From Styela clava (taxonomy: Eukaryota), in contig NC_135259.1 in the NCBI RefSeq assembly GCF_964204865.1, positions 11,098,001 through 11,162,000 on the forward strand: 64,000 nucleotides of DNA, in the 5' to 3' direction. Under the pieces are notes generated by a model. It worked only from the letters and a program-made list of their open reading frames with translations. It made no database searches and was not told the DNA's origin. This document shows, piece by piece, positions 39,894 through 52,716 of this stretch. The position numbers and the translations under genes were made by a program. Position 1 is the first letter of the stretch, and every line of letters begins with the position of its first letter.

Positions 39894-41432
39894 CAATATT
39901 CAGTGGAACATTTCTGGTCAACCGTAACTATCTTGTCCTTTCCCAGCAATCCATCATATCGGTGATGTGCTATTAACAATACTGATACCAAGTTCCTTGT
40001 AAAAGCTGCGAAAGTGGGCCTGCCTGGTGGAAACGTAGATTTCACGATATGTTAATTGATTCATGTATAATAAACCATTCTTTCATATTACAATGTAATT
40101 TATCATCAATATCTATGTTAATAAGCACTGGAACAGCAATATGCACATCTCTAAAATAACAATAGTTTTAATTACCCTAATCAAAGTATTCTGTCATATG
40201 TTTTACATGACGAACGTTCAATTTGTAAATCGTTAATAACGTGTTTGCCAACAATGATTTTTAAATGGCAGTCGTGCTAAAATTAGCATGAATTTGCATC
40301 TTCATTTGAAAGAACGTACTTGAACTTTGAAATGTAAAAATTGTGGATTTCATTTATTTGGCAAAACGTTGATCTAGGAAAATATTTAACAATTTCAAAT
40401 CGTAAGCTTGGTAAAACCTACAACCCATCCTTCGACTCTGCTCAGTTTACATAAAGTGTGTTCATATATCTAGATTAGGATAATATAATCCCAATTATAT
40501 CGGTAAATCCGGCAGGGAGGTGAAATTTAAAATTGCTTTTGAATGCCACTCCGAACGTGCACATCTGGCAGGTGGTGTCAACAAACAGAATTTGTTTTTC
40601 CTTTTTCGATATATTTAAATTTTTAAACTTTTGTTTTAGAATTGCTCGAAAGTTTTACATGTACTAGATAGATATTGTCACTTCTTTTTATGTTGGTACG
40701 AAAAAAAAAATAATTTATAGTATTTTCTTGACTTGCCGAAAGCATTTAACACCAAAACGATTTGGGAGAAAATTTCATTAAGAACTTCGATGTGATGCAA
40801 TCTAATTCGTTTTTTTCAACAATGATATCTGAAAACATAGTTTGAGATGAATTGAAACATTTAATTTGAATGTTGCCTGCATGGTGAAAAAATTATGCAG
40901 CTTTATTTACTACAGGCAATGATTATTTTCAAAGGTATTGTTGAGCCAACAGCCACTTCGATCGCGCAAAATTGATTATATTCCCTTTTTTCGAACTACT
41001 GCCAACAGAGCAATTAAACTTAAAACTCATGTTTATCGCCGATTGCAGTGGAAAGATATCTTTACTGAGATACGATTGTTGACCAAGGGTTAATAAATAA
41101 TATTCTAATTTGAAATGATATTGGATTAAATTTTCGACTGAGTTTAGCAAAAAAAATTGAATCGGCGTTCTTTCTAATTTTGGAAATGAATCTGTGGCCA
41201 TTTGAGGAGTTATCCAAGGAATGCTTCAGCAAATAAAAATCACTCACTGCTCTGCCTACTCGATGGCGCCATTTAGTATGGTAGATTATGAAAAAAGCAC
41301 TGCGAAAATCGATTTTAATGCTTTTCATGTGAATGGGTCATCGAAATTAAAAGGTCTAAGAGTTTGCTAAACTTGCAATTGTTACGTAATTTTTCACATT
41401 TAACTGACGAGACGATGTTTTAAAAATATATA

Positions 41433-42085
41433 TATAATTGAAATTGAAACACCAACTTTTGTAATAATGAATAGTTTTGGATATTTGATCAATTATAATA
41501 CTGTTATAGTTTTGGATATTTGATCAATTATAATACTGTTATATTTTTGATTCCATATCGTACTAAATAACGAAGACATTTCCTAAGATAAATACACATA
41601 AATTACGAAGGGTTATGTGAATAGTGTTGTGAATTATATACAATAGAATATGAAAAAGGAGCCTTTAATTTGATAACATTTGCATAGTTGGAATGTTCCA
41701 AGAAGTGTTTAAGGAAGTTTTGACATTACTCAAAGCATTATCTAATGATTTAACATAAAAGTATGTAATTATAAAATACGGATCTAAACTATAATTAAAT
41801 GAGAACAACAGCTTTAGTAATAATGAATAGTGAACATTTGATCTATAACAGTACTGCTATATTTTTTGATTTTATATCACACTAAATAACATTTTCCAAG
41901 ATAAATACACAAGAATTAAGAAGGGTTATGTGAATAAGGTGTGAAATAATATAATAGGATAAGAGGATATAGGATTTAAATATGATAACATTTGCATAGT
42001 TGTAATGTTCCAAAAGTAGTGTTTAGGCAAGTTTTGATATTACTCATTATATACTGATTTATTTATAAAAGTGTCTGTATAGATA
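41433..42085. repeat. Imperfect tandem duplication (~300-350 bp units) with an internal exact 35-bp duplication
   Basis: Shared blocks gtaataatgaatag, aagataaatacac, gaagggttatgtgaata and tgataacatttgcatagttg occur in both halves. atagttttggatatttgatcaattataatactgtt occurs twice (41471-41540). Confidence 0.85.
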
Positions 42086-42128
42086 ATACAGTCCTTTTTT
42101 TTTACCTAAAATAATGTTAGACAGCTCT

Positions 42129-45100
42129 CTACTTCTTTATACTTGTCTTATTTTGTGGCGAATAAGCAAAATCTTGCGATTTATTGTATTTAATTTTCCA
42201 TTTCAGTAACGCCACCCATTCCTCCATGTCTTCTTCACATTCTGCACTGAAGTTCCAGTTTCTGCCTTCTGCCTCTAGTGCGAAACAATGGTTCTTGCCT
42301 GAATGTAATAATCTAGGTCAGGTTGGCTAGCAATTGTTACTAAACGGTTAACATATTATATTTTCATCATAAAAAAGTAGGATATGAGTCTTAGATTTTT
42401 TCAATATCTGCAATATCAATGATGAAATCAAGCTGTTGTTTTCTTCACACAAGTCTGTAGACGAAATTAGGTTAATTTCAAATGTGTATACCACTATGTG
42501 TTTCCGCCTGAAATAGGGCCCAAAGTGACAAAGGTCTATTACGACAACCACATCATCACATATTGTGAAAACACTCAAATGATGCAACGCAAATTTATCA
42601 AGGCATTTATTTATCTGCACATATATATAGGCCTAACCATTATGTTTCATTTGTCAGACATTGCCGGATTTCTAGAAACTACGCACAAGTTAGTCGATTG
42701 ATATCAACAGATGCGATAGATGCGGCACGCCCTATTGATGCTAAGTTTTTCGGGCCTGTAACGCTGAGACGTTTTATACACCACAATGATCTGCAATAAC
42801 TTTTTGGTCGAAACTTCAAAAAGTGGAAAGTCTTGCGAACGTTTCAAACCGTTTTGAACAGAATTAATACAGTTCGAGATCTCTAAAATAAACATTTGTG
42901 ATTCTTAATAGGTGAATTTATTTCGATTTTCCATAAAAACGCCATAAACAAGGGAGCAACAAGAGAAAGATTCGGAAGGGAGACAAAACAAAGGTGACGT
43001 ACGAATCAAGCGTTCTTTCACCAACGCACAAAAACTATACCACACAACGCACACAGATAATTCCCGCCAGTCGAACTTCAATCCTGTGATATATACATAT
43101 ACGTGAGCAGTGGAAATAAAGTGATTAACGTGGACATGTATTAGAACAGGCATTTTAAATATTACATAGTCATCAAACCAAACTAAAATATTACGCAAGT
43201 ATAGTGTACACAATTACGCAAAACCCAAACACACAGCAAAATTAGTACGAATTCAAAACAAACAGATACTCTGAACAGTCGATTAGTTATTATGGCATAA
43301 TAATAATTGACGTTCTGTATAATTTACGCGTCCATATAAGTCGAAACATATTGTACGAGTTAGGGATCAGCCTAGTCATATACTCGTGTTCGTCGAACCT
43401 TCCTGGTCGAACCTTAGGTGACTTTTGCTTTTACGGTCAAGTACCTCTTTAAAAACAAATCTCTATCGATGTTCTTTTCTATCCAATTGAGATCTATACT
43501 ATGACTGTAAGTTGTAACTACACTTTACACTACGCAGTGTTCCTTTTTGAGCATTGCAAATATTATAGTAGCTAAGCTGACAAAGAAATCTGATACGAAT
43601 ATGCCGATTACCTTTTATTTTTATTTCCGTGCACTTCGAACATTTTTTTAAATCAATTACATTGATTGGTGTTTCTGAATTAATTTCTTCAAAATAGCTG
43701 AGTTTATTTTTAATGCAGACAAACCACCGATATTTCCAATTCTTCACAAAACCACCCTAAATGAAAATAATAAAACTAAAATGGCAAGTTAATATTCAAA
43801 TTGAGCACTCACTCCCAAATAACTACTCAAAAAATAATTCTACGCAAGTTCACACCCTCGTATCTATTCAAAAAACTCTATGGATTAGGATTATACCATG
43901 TTAAATCTAACTCAATTTAATAATATCTTGGTACAAGAAGTTGCACTAACAATTTTCTTACTAATCAGTGGCATTTTCCATATAAAAGATTCATAGGAAG
44001 CAGTTGTGCAAAACAAATACTGAACGGACTACACAGTGGGATACATTCATATGATATTCTCAAATGATGAAAAATTGCTTTCACAACAACAACAACAATA
44101 TTGTTAGAAAGAAATGCACGGAATTTTATGATTTGAACTTACTTCCTTTAGTGTTCGTGAGTTGGCAAAACCTTTTTGTTACTCGTATATATATTATTTC
44201 AAATGATTGCAGCAAATACGAAACAAATTAAACGGCGCTTCTATAGTATGTGCACCAAGATGACGCACAACCTGAATCCTAACTGGGTACAGATACTATG
44301 TTCATGTTGTGTGCCATCTTGGAGCACATACTTCTGGAGGTTCAATTAAACTTACCGGTATATATCTAGTAATTGAGAATAAAAATTGAAAACATTCTCT
44401 ATAACTTGGTTTGAATTGATAAAATAAATAACTAGTATATATACGCCAAGATATGATCTTACTTCCTTAAACAAATATCCTGCTTTGGTGGCAAGAGGTA
44501 TGCCTTTCATTCTCGAATTCAAAGTGTCAACAGTTTCTTCTACTAATTCGGTTGACTGGAACCGAATCTCGTCATACCTGTGCAAAATAAAATAGATATA
44601 AAATGAGAAGCCATGCTTGTACAATTGCAAATTTTTGATTTCCGCTAATGCTTGGAGCTTGAATTCGCGTGGACAGCGAAAGTTGTGTAACCAGTGGCCT
44701 GCCTAGAAAGGGGCAGCCTCCCCGGGCGGCGCGTTGTAGGGGGCAGCAGAGCCAAGCTGTAGAGTTGGCGTTATTACACATGTTTTTCTCGATGTGTTTT
44801 TATTTAATTAAAAGCTGACATTATGTGTTCAGTCTTGTGTGACTGTGTTGATGGTGAGTCAACAATGGATGTTTCTCTGACCCTTTTCCCCAGAAAAGTT
44901 TTTCCTACATTTTACAATTGTAACAATTTTGATGGTCATTTCAAAGGCGGTTTTGCGAGTTAGTGCCTCAAATTGGTTTAATGTTATATGTTTCAAGCAA
45001 TCATTTTAATTCAAAATATTCAACCCTGTTATTAAAAGTACCAGTAGAAAAGTTTAGCCTAATTCTATTCTATCACGGCTATTTCTAAACTAATTTTTGA

Positions 45101-47234
45101 TTACTACAATTAAACTATATAGGAAGACAATCATTGAGTTATTTGATTCGTACTGAAATTTCCGAGAAATAACCAAAAAGTAACAAATAACATGCGAAAA
45201 CGGGGTAATGTTCACAACCATTCCCCAAAATCTGTCTGAGTGGCTGCTTAAACGTCTACTGGTACGTCGCTTTTCCGAATTGGAAAGAGAAATTTGAGAG
45301 AAAAAGAGAAGAGAAGAGAAGAGAAAAAGATTTTTTTGTTTCATTGGTTGAGCTTGGCTGGGATGTTTTTTCAACTTCGTGCATTGCATATTACTCACAA
45401 TCGGCTACTCAATTGATAGTTGCGAACGATTATTCTCAAAGTCATTCAGATAAAAACATATTCGAGGTCTTCGTTGTCAAAGTAGCGCCTGACAAGTTTA
45501 TCTTCGATTAGCATCGAAAAGAAATTCGAAAGAGACTGTCGTTTAGACATTTGTTGACAGCAAAGTAGCGATTCGACATAGAAATAAGTGACTTTCTTTT
45601 TGTTAATAAATGAGTTCGATCTTATACATGTGAGTTTGTTGTTCAGTTTGATGATTTATTTAAAAAAAAAACGTTTCTATCTTACTTGACCCTAATTATA
45701 TTTATTCTCATGTAACGACATCTATAATCTGTCTATGCTCTTAACTATTTTGAAGTTAGGTATAAGGGGGATCATTATCAGAAACTCGTCCAGAGCAGCA
45801 GATAAGTTGGCATGCCCCTGTTTGTGACCCAACGCTATCACAGTGAACTCACTAACAAAAAGAAAGTTATTTGAGAAAACAGGATTTGAAAAATAAAGTT
45901 ACGTTTCAGGTTCTTCCATGATTGCTGGATAAGGATATTTTAAAGTCATCTCTGGTCCACGTATATAATGTGGTCCCATGTTAGCAGAACGACATCTCAA
46001 GACCGGTTGGTTTGCAAAGTGTCTCATCAGGCTTTCGAGTGAAATGAATTCCGATCTCCCAAAGTAGTAAACGTCATTATCAAAAACCTAGCAAACAGAG
46101 GATTATTACAAATTGCAAATCATCTATCGGAGTGTATGTATATATATATATTTAGGTGACCGTACATTTGAACCCACGTACATTTGAACACATGCGTATA
46201 TCCGCGGGTTCAATCTATATGCGGGTGCTAAAACCCATGGTTTAGGGTGAGTATGAGTTCAAATATCCGTAAAACAAATAAAAATTCATAAGTGCGATAG
46301 TATGCAGGTGCAATTGTCATGGGTTCAAATGTACGTGGGTTCAAATGTAATGGAACCATATATTTAATATTGATTGCCTATTTTAGTACAGGGTGCATTA
46401 ACACCTCGAGGATTCGATTTTTATAATTGTATCAAAAAATCCCCAAATTTACATTCAGATAATCTGACGACATTTTGTAAATGGTGTCAAAATACAGAAG
46501 GCAAACTTAACAAGGTATGAATGCTACTGGGATCATCCATTGCTTACAATGCACAGAAAATGAGTCGCCAAAACTGGGGGCCTAAATATATTCTTGAGTC
46601 GCCTAATTTTTTTATAAAAGCTGCTATTTTAACTTGCTGATTTGATGTTTTAGTTGAATTTAGATTTGGTATTATAATTTGCTCAGTAATTGTATATGTG
46701 GGAGGTATCGCAGCATATACACTTGGCGGCATCTATATTGCATAAGTGAACCCACGCAACGTTTTTAAAAACTAGCTGATGGCAAACAAACGCAACTTTA
46801 CCACTTTCGTAGTTTCTGGGAAATGAATGTAAAAATGATCGGTTTATATTAATCATTAGTAGTGGGTTTAGTGTGTGAGCATATATTTGGGTCGCTAGTT
46901 TTTACAAAATTAATTTTTTTAAAAATTTGAGTCGCTCAAAAAAGGTAGGGAACCGCTGTTTTAGTACAATTTACGTTTGATAGTCTAACATGCCATAAGT
47001 TGATCTTGCTATATTCAGAAATTAAATCATAGAACATACAAGTGGAAAGTGCTTCACTTCGTCTTTTCCTCGTACACTGACGCAAAATTTTTTCCCAAAT
47101 TCGGTTGAATCTCTTACAAGAAAACTCCCTTCTTCTCCGTTTTCCATCAATAGAACTTCTGTTAGGTGTCTCGACAAGTTGCCATGGAAGAATGGCACTT
47201 GACTAATAATCGCATTGCTTGGGGCTCCTGCCAT
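42129..47234 (-). CDS. DAPP1: DAPP1/Bam32-like dual adaptor for phosphotyrosine and 3-phosphoinositides (SH2 + PH), 5 coding exons, 269 aa
   Basis: Exons 47234-47040 (FFHGNLSRH...GSFLVRDS...SVRGKDEVKHF), 46087-45903 (HFANQPV...LKYPYPAIMEEPE), 44577-44463 (TYDEI...LATKAGYLFKE), 43756-43612 (GGFVKNWKYRWF...VIDLKKCS), 42298-42129 (HCFAL...EEWVALLKWKI...*). GT-AG introns, phases 0,2,0,1 consistent. An in-frame TAA lies just upstream of ATG 47234. Motifs match human DAPP1 along its length. Confidence 0.92.
44234..44343. mobile_element. Short (110 bp) hairpin MITE with 8-bp TSD
   Basis: Inverted arms agtatgtgcaccaagatgacgcacaac / gttgtgtgccatcttggagcacatact, flanked by direct repeat aattaaac (44226-44233 and 44344-44351). 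Termini related to the 39.7 kb and 61 kb elements. Confidence 0.8.
45330..45820 (-). mobile_element. Fossil 5' end of a hAT (Charlie/Buster-type) transposon
   Basis: Minus-strand terminus caggggcatgccaactt at 45820. Decayed frames MSKRQSLSNFF (ATG 45550), RRYFDNEDLEYVFI and SNMQCTKLKKHP resemble the N-terminal/BED-finger region of Charlie/ZBED5-type transposases. Confidence 0.55.
46155..46357. mobile_element. MITE with 9-bp TSD (Mutator/MULE-like), copy 1
   Basis: Termini ggtgaccgtacatttgaaccc...gggttcaaatgtaatggaacc with tandem tacatttgaaccc subrepeats. Perfect TSD atatattta (46146-46154 / 46358-46366). Confidence 0.9.
46389..46958. mobile_element. Non-autonomous hAT element with 8-bp TSD
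   Basis: Starts cagggtg and ends aaggtagggaaccgctg (typical hAT/Charlie end). Perfect TSD ttttagta (46381-46388 / 46959-46966). Confidence 0.75.
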
Positions 47235-48840
47235 ATTGTTGCATTATCCGAGTATTCCTATTATCCTGTCTATGTAAATACATACATACCATATAAAAAC
47301 TAGAAATAAATTAAGAGTGTTTATCCATGTATGTGGGGGCCAATCAGCGAACTATTGCATTTCATCCAATTGTTTTGGGTTAGTATGGAGGATACAACGG
47401 ATATTAATACACAACACTCTAAAATGTACAGCGAATAAACGCTGGAAGCTAATATCCAAATCTTCTTACCCTTCGAAAAACTGACATCGATTATTTTAAT
47501 CAACTCATTGTAGAACTTTTGCTTCATCCAAAGCATAATACAGTGTAACTATTCGTACTTGTTGAATAACTACTAACTACCTAACTTTTCGAGAGGCGAG
47601 CGAACGGTCTTAGACCTAATGGGAAATATTTCTCTATGTTGACTCGCAGAAATCTGGGCCATTCCACATGTCATATAGTCATAAACACATCATAATAATT
47701 ATGTAAACTTCTATATAAAATGGTAGGTTTCTCCGTCCGGTAGGATATTAAACATCATATTCTGTGCCTATCGTTATTACTACATTGTGACCTAAATACA
47801 TTTCTTTTTCGGATGTTTTAATCTTTGTTTTGAGTATAATTGAGCCTCAGAAGTTTCACTATATATCTTCATTCTCATTTACATTATAACATATAAAACC
47901 TTATCGCTTCTGACGCAGTATATACCTATTGAATCATTTATCAATGATGCAACATAAAGTACAGTTTAGAATTTCCCAGTTGAACAATAGTGGGATTTCT
48001 GCTCTGTAATGGATCGGATATGATCAGCATGAGTGATAAATAGCATTTCAGGCAAAATACTGTATTGTTCATTTGCCACTGCATAATACATATATACTAC
48101 CTTTATGCGAGCTCTGTTAAACCAAACTAGCTCCATATATATATCATTATGCAGTGGGAATTATTGTGGAGGGCATTTGAATGACTAGGTACGTTAAGCT
48201 ATCTGTGTCGGCCATTGCCATCGGTTTCCGGCCATTTCATAACACTGAATACATTTTTAAAATTCACAAACTTGCATTACTATCGATTCATTTCAATCAA
48301 GTGAACATAATCCCATAACTAAGTGTATAATTGCAATTTCCTGATGAATGAGCTTAATAGAAGCACCAGATTACGGGAAATTAAAAAAGAGTTTTGCACT
48401 GCTCTCAAACACTGAACTAAAGCAATCTCAATAATGCAGTTTGCGCAAGCAATTAAGCATGAAAACGAAAGTATAAAGAACCATGACTGAATTCTCTGCT
48501 AGGTATATTTAGCTTCGGTAATCGTAATAAGGCTGATGTCCATGCAATAAAGTCAACACGGACAGGTCGTTGGTCCAATACTCCAAAGATTAATTGCAAT
48601 GTGTTAATGATTACATCCAAATCAGCACGACGCAGGATAATTGTTTGTCAAGAGACCACTCAATGTTGGTGAGCAAATACGTTATAAAACCGCATGAAAA
48701 CATACATTGAAGCAGACCAAGTAGAACATAGTTTTTAAATGATGTATGCCTGCTCTATAGTTTCGGTAAAAGTCATCCATTTTATTTGATATTGAATCAG
48801 AATTTTAAGTCAAATAGACTAAGACTTACTAATTTATGTT

Positions 48841-48890
48841 TACAGGGTGACCCAAAAGTAGGTGGTGGCCCAAAAGTAGGTATACAGTTA
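48841..48890 (+). mobile_element. Tc1/mariner-like terminal fragment
   Basis: TA + cagggtgacccaaaagtagg with an internal duplication of cccaaaagtaggt, resembling mariner-type TIRs. Partner end not found. Confidence 0.35.
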
Positions 48891-49423
48891 TTAAATTATT
48901 TTATATGCTTTGAAGCTACTTGCAGTTCACTTCATGTTACTTGTTGAGACAGGCAAATGTAAAATTAACGGCGTCTACTGAAACAGTAACGAGAATGCTT
49001 GTCTTATGAATTCGCACAGAACAAAGATGCAAAAAATATTACTTTTCAGAATTTTTGATTGCGTTTTATTGCGACCAATTTCGGGAAATCCAGCAGTCTT
49101 GCAGCCAGCAGCCATTTTCTATCTTTTCCCCAGTTGATAACCAATTTCCTCCGTCTTTTCTACTTCAAAACCTTTTCAATACTGATTGAGAAAACGGATT
49201 AGAACTGATTTTAGCCTGACAGCATTGTTTTATGAACATTTACACACGAAGCAAGCTTATTTATTCGTGAGTAAATATAACCGGTAATATGACATTGTAG
49301 TCACAACAGTAAAGTATATTGGAAACAAATTGACCCATCAGGCAACAGTACTGAAAATCGAAGAACATGAGAACGTCAGATAAAATTTTGCCATAATGCC
49401 CATAAAGGATAGATTTCTTGGTC

Positions 49424-49610
49424 GGTTCCATTACATTTGAACCCACGTACATTTGAACCCATGACAATTGCACCTGCATACTATTGCACCTATGGAATTT
49501 TTTTTGTTTCACGGATAGTTAAACCTATACTAACCCTAACCCATGGGTTTTAGCACCCGCATATAGATTGAACCCGTGGATATACGCATGGGTTCAAATG
49601 TACGGTCACC
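49424..49610. mobile_element. MITE with 9-bp TSD (Mutator/MULE-like), copy 2, inverted relative to 46155-46357
   Basis: Near reverse complement of copy 1. Perfect TSD ttcttggtc (49415-49423 / 49611-49619). Confidence 0.9.
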
Positions 49611-52359
49611 TTCTTGGTCAGATGTAGCTAGCTTTAATCGCCCGTGTCGTCATTTACCAAGGGAAGTGGGATAATCGAAGATATTTTATTACTTTCGGAT
49701 TTTTGTCCTATAGAACTCGATTTAAACTGATTTGATAGCGACACGACAAAAATATTAAAGTCAGTTTCGTGGAAGTTACGTCGTTTATTTTCTTAACTAG
49801 TTTATTCGCGGTTCCTCGTATATTGTAGTCGAATTATTGTACATCTGTTATTTTATTACTCTTCAATTGATTTACTCTTACTGTTTATTTGTACAATATT
49901 TCATGCACGACGAAAATACATATCTGAATCTATGTTGTTTTTGTTGCAAATTTCAGTTTCCGAGTGTCATGACAGATTGAGAATCTTAGCGTCTTATTTC
50001 TACGCGTTTTCATTATACCAATGGACGCTAATACTTTTATTTACAGATTATTTACAGATAAAAAGCAATAGCATAAACTTCATGTAAAAAAAATCAGTTT
50101 AATATTATTATAAGTATCGAAATAAGTTTCATTAAATTCAACTAAATTAAAATATACAACAACAGCATTCTTATTGCAGTTCATGAAAGCAATTCGTGTT
50201 TTTTAGATTACAAACTAGCGATATATATGCAAGATAAATATGATTCAATGATTTGAAAAAAAAATATGTTCATAAAGCAACACACAGTCCACTTTTATTA
50301 TATAGTATTAATATCTATGAATAAATATTTTATATAAGTTTTTATAAGTTCTGATATTTCGTGTGACATTACAGTATTATTCTTATTCACCTAAATTTTG
50401 GTGTTTCGGTGGGAGTGGTTGGTGCGCAATTTGAAAATAACGAAAGTAGCCTCATGTAGTGAAAGCAGAGTCCAACTGCACTACAATTATCTACAACATG
50501 TCATCCAAATTCAGTCAGATCTAGATTTACTTCGTGATTTCACAGTAAGTTAGCGAGCTGTATTTAAAAACTGACCTTCTAGCATAGAAATTTTTTTGCG
50601 CTGAAGCACATTTTAATCATGTTTAGTCACTAAATAAAATTCTGTATTTCGACAAGTGTTGGTTCCATATAAGAAAATGTATTTATATTGTGGTAATGAG
50701 AAATAAAATGCATATGAACGCTCGCATTTATTGGGCCATGGTGCGGTCAGTCAGCCTTCTGAATTGTCCTCTATGACTATCTGATTATCTTATCTAATTT
50801 TACCTAAGTTAACTATAGAGTTTTACTTAACACCGTGTTCTGTCTGCTAAGTAGATCTGGACCAATAACTCATCAGCAAACTAATTTCTTTTGAAAGTCA
50901 TGGACTAGAATAGTAAACAGCTACAAAACTTAGATCAGGATACGTACTGAAATAAGTAACTATCAATCCTTGTAACAATATAACAATAAGAGTTTAGCCG
51001 ATTCCATCAAAGTTTCAAGTCGCATAAAGGATCCGGCAAGAGTTCGAAAGAGTCGGAAAGATTTTGAATTGATAACAAGATCGTTTTAAAGGAATGAAAG
51101 GAACAGACCAAAATCAGACAATGTAATTTTTATTTTAACTTTTTACGGTAAGCAGTCAAACATATTTCGATTAGACGACTGAAAATGTAATAATGCAATA
51201 CGCTTTACATTAGTTTATTTATTTTTAAACATACTTTTTAGATGAGTACTTGGAACAAATTTAAACACATGCTCGTATCACATTTTAATAGTAAAATGAG
51301 TAAATAAGACCACACACTGAACATTTCGCGCTGTAAATTGTTTGTCGGATTAGTTTTATTTATTCTGCTAATCTAAGGTGATACTGACATTTGAATGATG
51401 ACTCTGGTTCTCTGGTAACAAACTAAAAGTTTCATACGAATGAGTTATTGGAGTTGAGACATGGAGAAGCTATATTTTGTTTGGTACATTCTGTTCGTTT
51501 TGGTGCAGCCTACAAGTAATACCACAAGGATGCATTGCTATACTCCGAATAGCTAGGTTCCTAATTCCTCACAATAGGGCCATGGTAGAGGTCAATTCAA
51601 AATACAAAACATTTAATCAATAGCAAAGCGTATGACAAATAAAATGTAATTAACGTCACACTTGAAAATAGATTTAGCATTGGCTGAATAATCATAACAT
51701 AATTGTACTGAATATAGTCACACACGCTTTTTTCGTCTATTCTTATTTATGTTACTATGTTCACCCGTTACGCCGAAGTGCGACTGTATGGAATTGTTTC
51801 AGCGCGATTTTCAAGTCATTCCTTTGTTCTTTTGTATATTATTGTATTAATTTCCCACACTTGTTTGGACAGATTGAGGACACAAAGAAAATAACACTTG
51901 GGACGCTTAAAAATTAGGGTCTCTTTGAAATCCACCTTATAAAGTTTCAACTAAAGGTGAAGATTACAATTGCCTTACGCTGATCATAATATTCTTTTTG
52001 GTTTCACCAAGTTTTGTTAATCTGTCGCAGAATTTAAATTAAAACATGCTCATGAAAAGTACTAGTGTATGGGTGTATTATGCAAGAACGAGTACATCAA
52101 ATATATGATCAACGGTCATGACTCAGATACTATCAAAAATTGTTTTATTTTTTGTTTGTTCACTCGAGTGATGAGCGCTATCTTCAAAGATTCCCAAACT
52201 TTCAAGATCGCGCCCCCTTCTAATATACTAACATTTTTTCGGCGACTCCTGTTCACGTTTAAAAGACTAAACAATTCGAAATATGCATTTTTGATAATTT
52301 ATTGATACTGTTAATTCTTAAATTTTAGTGTATCTTCTCTAGAATAAAACATAAATTAT

Positions 52360-52610
52360 TCAGCGTGATGGGGGCGAGTGCTATTTGCTGCACAGCAAGT
52401 CCATCTGTGGCTGAATGTTTGTCGATGCAGACTTCAGTGCAGTTTCCGTGTTGTTAATGCTTGAACGGAATTTTGTTTTGATCGCCTTCAACGTTATAAA
52501 AGCAGACTCGCATAAATACGTCAAGACGAAGGACACAGGAAGGAGTACAGTTATTGCTAAATCAGATAATGTTGGAAATTCTATTCAAACACTAAGCCAA
52601 AAAGTGTAAA
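52360..52610 (-). mobile_element. Fossil hAT (Charlie/Buster) transposase C-terminal dimerisation domain
   Basis: Minus frame reads YTFWLSV*IEFPTLSDLAITVLLPVSFVLTYLCESAFITLKAIKTKFRSSINNTETALKSASTNIQPQMDLLCSK*HSPPSR*. This matches the FW...EYP.L...A...LLPF.TTYLCE.GFS.L..IKTK.R signature; two internal stops. Confidence 0.85.
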
Positions 52611-52716
52611 GCTTTTTCTATAAAATTCGAGCCGCTAATTAAAATCAGAAGACGATCAGCAAATTTTCAAAACATGGCGGCCAAAATATATTATAATATG
52701 GTATTTCATATTGGAA

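Noticed and set aside
44138-44462. Extra donor-like sites in DAPP1 intron 3 (AAGGAA|gtaagt at ~44143; CCG|gtaagt at ~44356)
   Set aside because: Use would introduce stops or a frameshift before the PH exon, and no matching in-frame acceptor was found.
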